Source of the DNA: Eledone cirrhosa
Taxonomy: Eukaryota
NCBI GenBank assembly: GCA_964016885.1
Contig: OZ024743.1
Span: 105,772,001-105,836,000, forward strand
DNA length: 64,000 bases
Reading direction: 5' to 3'
Part shown: piece by piece, positions 55,271 to 64,000 of the stretch
How positions within the stretch are numbered: position 1 is the stretch's first letter
How the letters are laid out: every line of letters starts with the position of its first letter
The notes under the pieces: model-generated
The model's input: the letters and a program-made list of their open reading frames with translations, nothing else
The model's database searches: none
What the model was told of the DNA's origin: nothing
Made by a program: the position numbers and the translations under genes

Positions 55271-58200
55271 TTCCTTGAATCTCAGTCATTGATGTTGGTT
55301 AACTGGAAAGTCCGTTGGATTGAATATCAAGCCACTACCTGCAGCCTCAGATATTCAGGACGTATCGGAGGGTTCTTGCTGTTCCAAGCAAGCATGCCTT
55401 TTGAAGCGTTCCAAAAAGCGTGAAGGGGCCGATTTTCTTTAACCATCCCTGGAAACCTTTGGAGATAGTCCCCAGTGCGCCTATGACAATCGGGATCACT
55501 TTGACTTCATGGCAGTTCCAAATCCTTTTCACCTCCCACTCTAGGTCCTGGTATCGGTTAATTTTCTCCCTCTCCTTCTCTTGCACTCTCGTGTCGAACG
55601 GGCAGGCCACATCCACAATCAGGCACGATCTTTTTTCTTTGTCCACAACCACCAGGTCAGGTCTATTGTGTTCCAGTTTTTTGTCCGTCTGTATCCTAAA
55701 ATCCCACAGCACCTTCACCTGACTGTTCTCCATCACCGCCTCTGGCCTATGCTCATACCATTTCTCAGAATGTGGTAGATTGTTTACTTTGCACAGGTGC
55801 CAGTGGATCACCCTGCCCATCACATCGTGTCTCCAGCCCTTATAGTGAGTCTGGGCTAGGTGTTTACACTCGGACACAATGTGAGCCACAGTCTCCTCTC
55901 TCTCTCCACAGATCATGCACAGTGGGCTAGCCTCCTCCTTGTAGATATGGTGCTTCAACCACTTCGTTTTGAGGGCCTGCTCCTGCGCAGCCATTAGCAT
56001 TTCTTCTGTAGCCTTTTTGAGGTCTCCTCTTCTCAACCAGTTCCATGTCTGTGGATCTCTAAATTCAGTTTTCTCAAAGAAGGTACTATGAAGGGATTTT
56101 CCCTTAAGGCTGCTCTTCCTCCTTGATGTTATTTCCTCCTTGGATATCCCCTGGCCTACTGTCCCCTCCTTCAGTACAGCTCTGAGCATTGGCTCCTTAC
56201 TATAGTTCACGTATTTGTATAGGTTGTTTTTCTCCATCTGAACACAGTCCTCTATGCTGATAAGACCTCTTCCACCCTCAGATCTCCTTAGGTAGAGTCT
56301 ATCGACATCACTCCTCTTGTGGAACATGTTGTAGATAGTCAATAGCTTCCTAGTCTTCCTATCCATTTCTTTTTGTTCAGCAACATTCCATCTCAGAATT
56401 CCCGCACTGTACCTAATAATAGACACAGCTCGGGAATTTACTGCGCTTATGGCATTTCTGCTGTTCAGATGTGACTTCAATACGCTCCTTACTCTCCGAA
56501 TGTATTCAGTTCTTAACAATTCCTTCATTTTTTTGTTCTTTATGCCATCAGCCTCCAGAACGCCCAAATACTTGTATCCTTCCTCAGAGTCAATTTCCTT
56601 TATCATCTCACCTGTTGGTATCTGGATCCCGTTACTTCTGCTCAACCTACCCCTCTTCATCACAATGACTCCACATTTACCAATACCAAACTGCATACAT
56701 ATATCACTGCTGAAAATACGGACAGTGTCAACAAGCACATCCAACTCCTTCTCACTTTTCCCGAAGAGCTTAAGATCGTCCATGAAGAGGAGGTGATTGA
56801 TGGTAAGCTCTCCCCTTCCCAACTTGTATCCTGCTCTCACTTTTCGCAGCATAATGGTCAAGGGCATCAGGGCAAGGACAAACAACAGGGGGGACAGGCT
56901 ATCTCCCTGGAAGATACCTCTCTTGATCTTCACGCTTCCCAAGGATACTCCAGTTGATGTCAACTCTGTCTCCCAGGACCCCATACTCCTGCCCAGCAAC
57001 TGTCTGATGTTATCTGCCACCCTGAAGATCTCCAGGCTTTTGGTGATCCAAGAATGAGGCACCATGTCAAATGCCTTTCTGTAGTCTATCCATCCCATGG
57101 CAAGATCAGTGTGTCTCCTCCTGCAATTCCCCATTACCATCTTATCAATAAGCAACTGGTCCTTTGTACCACGTGACTTCTTTCGGCATCCTTTCTGTTC
57201 GTCCGGTAACAAGTTGTTTGTGTGGAGGTGATGGTAGATTTCCTCAGACACAATGCTCGTCAACAGTTTCCACATTACGGGCAGACATGTGATAGGTCTA
57301 TAGTTGGTAACATCATTACCCTTGATTCGGTCTTTCATTATCAGAACTGTGGTACCTTTTGTCAACCACTCTGGCACCTCACCCGACACCAAGCAGTCAT
57401 TGAACATGGCCGTCAGCTTCGGGTGGAGGGATGTTAAATGTTTAATCCAATACCCCTGCACACCATCTGGGCCTGGTGATTTCCAGTTGGTTAGTTTTTT
57501 GGCTTGCCCCTTAAGAGTTTCAACTGTGATACTCAAATCAGTCTGTTGTTGTGCCTGCTCACCGATCTCCCTCTGTACTGTCTCAATCCACCCTGCCTGG
57601 GCATTGTGTCTAACATCCTGCTCCCATATTCCTCTCCAGAATGTTTTAGCTTGTTCCGCCCCAGGGATCAAGTCGTTGCCTCTTTCTTTCCCCTCAAGCT
57701 GTCCAAACAGCATCTTCTGGTTGTTGTCCAACATGCGGTTCTGTTTATACTGACTGACTCTGTTCTCGTATCGCCTGATTTTGGCACTCTTTGCTACAAT
57801 GCGTTGCTTCAATTCCTCTATGATAATATTTAGCTTTTTACTCCTAGTTTTGTATTTTATTTCCAGTCTATTTTTAGTGCCTATGTTTTTTAGTGTCCCA
57901 TTCAGTAGTGACTCAAGCTTTCCTATGTCATTTCTCATTTCCCCGATTTGCCCACTCAGTCGCTTCTTCCACCACGGCTCTGCTCTTTCTTGTCTGTTGT
58001 TTCCTCTCGCTTTTATACCAAGTAGTTTCCTCACCGTATTTGCTGTTGCTTTGAGGATATTGTTGCACTGGTGAAGCCTCCTCGCCTCAAGGTATGGGAT
58101 GACTTTGTTTACCTTAGCTGTTGTTTCTTTTAACTTTTTCCTGTCTACAAATCTTAGGTTCATAGGTCTCCCACTATCATTGTTCAACTCATCTACCACT

Positions 58201-59781
58201 AAATTTAGGATGTCAACCGAATCTTGTCCTAGCCCGTCAGCATTCATCTCCTCAGTGGCCGTATCTCTGTTCCAGGTATTATTTATCTCAGTATTCAGAT
58301 CATTGTCTGCTTCGGGTGGTTCCTCCGTTCTCAGGACCTCCTCACCTTCATTTCCCGCCGGCTCGCTTGTCTGGCATACTACACCCGCCATCTCCAAGCC
58401 ATTCTCTCTGCTCAGTTCCTCCAGTTCCAGCTCGCTTATCCACCCATTAGTTCTTATTACCCGAGCCTGCCCGGCCAATTTTTGTTCATCTAATTTAAAT
58501 AAACCAATCTCGTTCCAGATGGTATGCATCCTTCTCCTGTAACCCCTCTCCTTGGGGTTACTTTTCAGGTAGCATTGCATAACAGTTCTATTCAATTCTT
58601 TCGTCCAGTTGGTTCTGGCCCCTTTCCTTCTTCTTCTTCCACCAACATCAGCAGTATTTGGTTGACAGTCAGGTTCCTGCTGCTGAGCCAGGGGGCACCT
58701 GTTGGGTGAGAGTCTGTCACATGACGTTCTAGTCTCCATTTCACCGTTATTCGAACTGTTTATGTTCGATATTTAAACACTCTTATCGAGGATTGGCGAA
58801 TGTATGTTTACATAGCCATCTGTGGATCCGCCATCCCACTTGGCCCTTGTGTGGCATTATCACCACGCTGTATACGAACACACATAAACAAACAAACACA
58901 CGGGCAGAAAGGGCCCCAAAAATGAATAAGCATAAGTTTCATTGTAATGTAGTATTCGAATGTCTGACTTAGTTTTTGTTTTTTAAGTTTTACTTTTCCC
59001 CCCCTCTTCTCTGTCCCTCAGCCTGCTTCTCTCTTCATTCTTATTTTCTTTACGTTTTTGGGGTTTCTTTTTTTGTTTTTGTTTTTCTCTGTTTGTTTTT
59101 CTCGTTTTTTGCTGTTGTTGCTGTGCTGCTTTGGTTTTGTTGTTTGTTTTTTCTTTTTTCTTTTGAGTCTATCTATATATTTTGATGCCTTCCTCTTTGT
59201 TAGTAGTAGGAATTCTATAATGTGGAAGTGGCAGCCAGCAGAGTCTGGCGGCGTTGGCGATACTGAGACAGTGGTGGTGGTGATGTCGATACCGAGGCAG
59301 TGGTGGCGGTGATGCGACCGTATTACTGTAGTGATGGTGCTGTAGCGGTGGCAGCAGCAGTGAAGGAGTCAAGGGGTGGTGGCGGCGGTGATGAGATAGT
59401 GGTGGTAATGATGGCCGTAGTGAGCGGTGGCGGTGAAGGTGAAAATGCTGTTGTGTTTAGTGTACACAGATGATGGGGTGGGTGGTGTATCTAGTTTCTG
59501 GTGTTGGTGAGTTTAGCTGTCCTATATAGTGTAGCCAGAGGAGAGGAGGGGGGGGGGTTCTTCTTCTTCCATTTATAGCCATTTTTTTTTTTGGATATAC
59601 AGTGTACAATACAAAGTTGAATATTTGAATATTTGAGCCTTATAACAATATATTTTGGGTCCGAATTTTTTGGGGCTCAAGCCGGGTGCTTTACGTAGCA
59701 TTTGTACTAAGAGTTGTTATTTCACAAATGATTTAAATATGTTAAAAATTCAAAACTTACGGGAGCGATTTCATGACCTCC

Positions 59782-59782
<1 letters not shown>
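55271..59782 (-). mobile_element. R4/Dong-clade RLE non-LTR retrotransposon, apparently full length, in (TAA)n
   Basis: Single long ORF, about 75-nt 3' UTR, (TAA)n on the element strand at both ends (55240-55270 and 59783-59860). Dong elements are established TAA-repeat targeters. The 5' boundary is inferred from the tract. Confidence 0.85.
55347..58739 (-). CDS. Uninterrupted 1130-aa RT plus restriction-like endonuclease protein
   Basis: WTKELN..VMQCY..S.P..RGY N-terminus; KSPGPDG, YRPITCL, EQKGC, WIDYRKAFD, GIFQGDSLSP, LFMDD; CMIC..ETVAHIVSEC, RHD, RPDLVV, IVDVACP, KINRY. Confidence 0.95.
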   Translation of the reverse strand: METRTSCDRLSPNRCPLAQQQEPDCQPNTADVGGRRRRKGARTNWTKELNRTVMQCYLKSNPKERGYRRRMHTIWNEIGLFKLDEQKLAGQARVIRTNGWISELELEELSRENGLEMAGVVCQTSEPAGNEGEEVLRTEEPPEADNDLNTEINNTWNRDTATEEMNADGLGQDSVDILNLVVDELNNDSGRPMNLRFVDRKKLKETTAKVNKVIPYLEARRLHQCNNILKATANTVRKLLGIKARGNNRQERAEPWWKKRLSGQIGEMRNDIGKLESLLNGTLKNIGTKNRLEIKYKTRSKKLNIIIEELKQRIVAKSAKIRRYENRVSQYKQNRMLDNNQKMLFGQLEGKERGNDLIPGAEQAKTFWRGIWEQDVRHNAQAGWIETVQREIGEQAQQQTDLSITVETLKGQAKKLTNWKSPGPDGVQGYWIKHLTSLHPKLTAMFNDCLVSGEVPEWLTKGTTVLIMKDRIKGNDVTNYRPITCLPVMWKLLTSIVSEEIYHHLHTNNLLPDEQKGCRKKSRGTKDQLLIDKMVMGNCRRRHTDLAMGWIDYRKAFDMVPHSWITKSLEIFRVADNIRQLLGRSMGSWETELTSTGVSLGSVKIKRGIFQGDSLSPLLFVLALMPLTIMLRKVRAGYKLGRGELTINHLLFMDDLKLFGKSEKELDVLVDTVRIFSSDICMQFGIGKCGVIVMKRGRLSRSNGIQIPTGEMIKEIDSEEGYKYLGVLEADGIKNKKMKELLRTEYIRRVRSVLKSHLNSRNAISAVNSRAVSIIRYSAGILRWNVAEQKEMDRKTRKLLTIYNMFHKRSDVDRLYLRRSEGGRGLISIEDCVQMEKNNLYKYVNYSKEPMLRAVLKEGTVGQGISKEEITSRRKSSLKGKSLHSTFFEKTEFRDPQTWNWLRRGDLKKATEEMLMAAQEQALKTKWLKHHIYKEEASPLCMICGEREETVAHIVSECKHLAQTHYKGWRHDVMGRVIHWHLCKVNNLPHSEKWYEHRPEAVMENSQVKVLWDFRIQTDKKLEHNRPDLVVVDKEKRSCLIVDVACPFDTRVQEKEREKINRYQDLEWEVKRIWNCHEVKVIPIVIGALGTISKGFQGWLKKIGPFTLFGTLQKACLLGTARTLRYVLNI

Positions 59783-59831
<49 letters not shown>

Positions 59832-59860
59832 CATCATTATTATTATTATTATTATTATTT

Positions 59861-62800
59861 CTTTATATGATCCAATGGCCGAAACATGAGGTCAATAGCA
59901 ACACAGAGAAATTGAGGGGCTTACATAAAATAGAATAAAGAAAAATAACAATATAACATTCAACAATGAAATTTAGCAATAGAGGGGTATACAACCCAGG
60001 GGTCAGTTAGGAACCCCACCAATCCTAAACCACAATACTCTCCAAGAACACCCATGGAAAGAGCCGCTCTTCTCTCTAAACTCTCCAGTCTACAGGTGCA
60101 TGGTCAGAGTAGGCCCATTCTCTCGGGCCATGCTCGCTATATTTACCCACATTTTAATAAATGGACTGAGAGGATGGGTTGAACTGCCACCCACACACCC
60201 AGTTTCCTTTCCCAATGGAACTTGAAAAAGTTTTTTTTTCAGTCGGTTCCCACCACACAACATTTTTCGTTACATGACACAGACAAAAGAAGTATTCGTA
60301 TACTTCCAAGCTTTCTTCTCGATGGATTCGAACGATAGACAAATCCGTCAATCATGTAAGAATAGCTGTTCGACAAACATTCACATGTCAGTAATTCACG
60401 GAGATTGGACGAGTGCGTGCAGAACGGTTTCGTTGCTCTGCGTGCATCTCAGACAGGTCCGTCTGACCAATTATGTTGATGAATCGGTACAACGTCCCTG
60501 CTAGACAGAGCGCGATATTTTGAATGGTTCCGATAGGTGGCCGTTAAATTTGACTACCGAGCTGATGCTGCTGTGTATTGCAGTGATTCAGCCTCTGAAG
60601 ACGGGTTCAAAGCCAACTGACTTGTTCAAAGTTTCGATGTACAATTTTATCGAAAGTTTTCGATTGATATAAGTTGGTCACAGCCTCGAAGCCAGGTTTA
60701 CTCCCTACCCGCTCTATGATGTCTCACGCATGTGGTGGAGGATGTCTTGTATGGACATGGTTGGAATTTCATAATTTTTCGTCTCCCTTACCAGACGCTC
60801 GATGACAAGCGCCAGCCTCTGACAATAATATTAAACTCTGTATTTAGCGGTGTTATGAGACTATAAATATATAGAGTGTCCCTCTTGTTCTAATCTTTCC
60901 TCATCAGCATTAGTGCTCCCCTATTCACAGAACTGGGAATACACCCGTTCTGCTGCCAGTTGCAGTAAGGGGCTTCGTTGAGATCAGAGAACAAGTCTTT
61001 TTTTATATGTTCATAAAACTCGGTGACTTGCGGATCACGCCGCCGTCTGTTTTACTCCGAATATTGGCTGATGTTATCTGACTTTCGCAGCACTCAACAT
61101 CGGCTGGTGAAACTCACGGAAGGCCGCTGAGGCAAGAACTGAAGTCCACCATCATTTTCAACCCCAATTTCCCTATTTGAATAAATAGCTGGTGAAAGGC
61201 CACACACATCTCTCTGGAATCATTCAGCACACGTTTCTTTCGGTCCATCAAAGACTGAATTGTGACTTTGCTATCTCGCTGTGTCACCGGTACTCGGACC
61301 AATCGAAGAGCTTTCGTTCCTTATTTCTTTCAGAGCATGTGCCTTAGCTGTGACAATAATAACCTTTGTGTTTCTCGTTGAAGAAATGGTCTGATGTAGG
61401 ATATTCCTAACCTGTGCTCCTTGGCGTGTGTGTGGCCCTTACGAATGTTCAGTGCGGCCGTTAGAAGAAGATAATAATTATGCTCTTATCCAGCAGGATT
61501 GTGTGCTACATTTCAAATATTTGCGCCAATTTTTATACAAGTTAAAACTAAATTGCTTCTATGTTTTTCTGTCAGTCTGTCACACTTCATATGTGTATAT
61601 GTGTGTGGAAAAAAAATCGACATATAGGCAACGCAACTTCAAAAAATGACACAAAACGTATGTGTGTATTTTTTATGTTCATCAATATATAGATAACTTG
61701 TTAGACTTCAAAAGATTTTCTCGAAAAAAACAAAACAAAAAAAAATACGTGTCTAATGAGTTTTGATTGCAAATGTGGCAATTTTAAGTGGAGGTCTCTC
61801 ATCATTAAATTTGAACAGTCTTCGATAGTATTGATAATTCTAATATGAGATCCCCATCTAAATTTGGAATGGTGATGAGGCCATTTAGACCATTCTCGCC
61901 GCTAGCACGTCAGTTGCAATGCCACTTGTAATTGCTTCATCTGATTTTACTACCATCTCGCCCTCCTTACTATTTTTTCTATCGCTACTTCTTTTCTAAA
62001 ACTATTGAAAATACTCTGGTTTCTCTCTTGAGAGCACCCGACCACATATTGTTGACGACTTTCCGTGTCAACTTACATTTAACTAAAGTGATGAATGGGT
62101 CCCCTGTAAGCGCTACGTGCCGAGAATGATGTGTTGACGTTCCAGTAACCAGCTCCTAGCCTACATGTTCTATCTAGGTCAGCCACGCAAATCAGATATT
62201 TCTGAATTGAAAATGCGAACGTTCCTAAATGTGGACAATTATACTAACCTTATCTATTGACCTAACGATAAACCTATCTATATACGATATACATGACACT
62301 ATGCGGTTTGTTCAAGTCCATACTGGTGCATTACGGAAATCTAGTCGGTATCTGTCAGACAGTTGGAACTGGTTGACCAAATATTTCAGGCTTTTAACCT
62401 CTCGCTCCTTTCAGATATTCTCACACAATCCCAGCGTGCGTCTAATGTGCCGGTCTAATCCCACGCTAACAGTAAATGGTAATACTTTTCTAGAAAAGCT
62501 TCCGGATGCCTAAAGAAATTCTGCCACCAGGCCACGGTTGGGGGGACGTAGAGGTTACTAGTCTAAAGAGACCTGCTTCGCTATTGCTCAGGTCCATGAC
62601 TTTCAACTTACAAGCAACCAACCCTGCTTCCTTGAGGAACACAGGTCACGAACATTTATACTTCCTACTCTTAGGACAGCCATGATTGCTGGTTGATCAA
62701 GAGAAAAAAATGTACTTATACTACGAGCATTCGTGGAGGTCGGGTTGTTACACCTCCATATTTGCTGTGGTTTCCTTTTGGTACTCCTTTGTAAGCTTGC

Positions 62801-64000
62801 TAGTTAGTTTTATATCAGAGATTCCCACGTCACATGGAAAGCACTCCCAGATAGTCTTGTAGTTACCCCGCGACTTTCATATCATTATAAGGTCTTCCGG
62901 TACTCTAAAAGTGCTGGTGCAAAAAATCTCGTCCTCTATCTCGATTTCCTAGCTTCGTGCTATGAGGGCCAACAGTTTTTTGTTGGTCTTTCTTACTAGC
63001 ACAAAGTTTTGTGTGCGTGTGCTGTTGTTGCTTTTGTGCTTGCTTTCGTTAGGGTGGTGATGTTGGTGTTGTTGTGGACGTGTCGGTGTTTGGTGTCTGT
63101 GTGATGTCTTCGTTTTCTGTCGTATTTGTATGAGTGTGTTTGTGTGTGTGCGCGCGGGTGTGTGTGGGTGTGTGTGATGTTTGTTTGTTTTTGTTTGAGT
63201 GGGTGTTTATGTGTGTATTTATTGTTTAGCAAGTGGGAGAGTGAATAAAGAACTTTTCTCATATTTCCCTTGGGTTGATTCTGTCTTAGTTGTTTGTGCT
63301 ATTGGCTTAGCTACCGCTGTTGCTGGTGCTGCTATTTCTACTTTTGCTGCCACAGTTATTTTGTCCCGACACTGATGCTGGCAGCAACTGTGATTTGCGG
63401 CAACATGAATGTTTGTGCTGAGAAGGCTCGCAGATATGTTGGTTCGTCGTAGACGAAGCAGTGTGGCCTTCTGCTTTCAGTGACAACATTCTCCGATTCG
63501 TCCTGAAGGGGAACATGGTCCGGGAAATATTCAAGTTCGTCCAGCCTTATTTAGAGAATCTCCAAACACATCCCGGATCAATCTTCTCCCAGCGTTTTCC
63601 TTACGTCGATGAGTGGGGAACCATTGGCATACTCCTTGTCCACGCAACCCAAGAGCCACCATAAGTTTAGTCCTAGCGGGATCCAGCGTATGGGGACTTT
63701 CTTATTTCTCCTGCTCATGTAGTAGATGTACATGATTTAGAGGGACCACTGTGTGTTTTATGGCAAGGCCTCAGTTTTAAACATCATGACGTTGAACTGT
63801 CTGGGCCTTGCTAAGTACTTAATGACTTTGATGCATTTCAATGCTGCCGCCAGATGAGATTGTGTTTGCACTGAGATGCATCGATAAATGAACGTCATTC
63901 TTTGCGTTGTTGCTCTTACTTGGGCCGTAAGGTTTAGGTTGGCCCAGATTCTTTCTCGCTAAATTATTTTCCAGAGCTTGGCCAAACGTTCCTCCTTACC
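59861..64000 (-). mobile_element. Old, deleted L1/Tx1-clade LINE (ORF1 region to 3' UTR); runs off window end
   Basis: Colinear similarity to 20676-25300 (ggggtatacaaccc, gagtaggcccattc, ctgctgccagttgcagta, aacattt.acttcctactctt). Large RT deletion near 60.5 kb; unrelated insert at about 61397-61889. Confidence 0.88.

Noticed and set aside
55420-58709. Plus-strand ORFs over the Dong ORF (likewise over the Tx1 ORF2)
   Set aside because: Antisense shadows with no recognisable motifs.

Overview
Animal genomic DNA, AT-rich and dense in microsatellites. The tRNA-SINE family and repeat landscape suggest an octopus or other cephalopod (inference). No intact host gene is evident and the window is mostly retroelements. 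It holds four L1/Tx1-clade LINE copies (all minus strand, one nearly complete), one apparently intact R4/Dong-clade RLE LINE (1130 aa) in a (TAA)n tract, and at least eight Penelope-like elements (PLEs; Naiad- and Poseidon-like). There is also a mariner relic, RTE and CR1-type relics, tRNA-SINEs with 16-bp TSDs and Helitron-like fragments. Scattered exon-like remnants point to a decayed receptor tyrosine kinase, possibly DDR-like, at about 4.9-16.1 kb. Three signals stand out. (1) About a dozen minimal hammerhead ribozyme motifs with variant cores sit at PLE ends. (2) Four inverted PLE-end structures (16 bp to about 790 bp arms) share one asymmetry rule, including a perfect 115-bp ribozyme/anti-ribozyme hairpin. 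(3) There is a candidate 893-bp GT-AG intron in the 5' leader of the Dong element. All calls were made by eye and boundaries of decayed elements are approximate.
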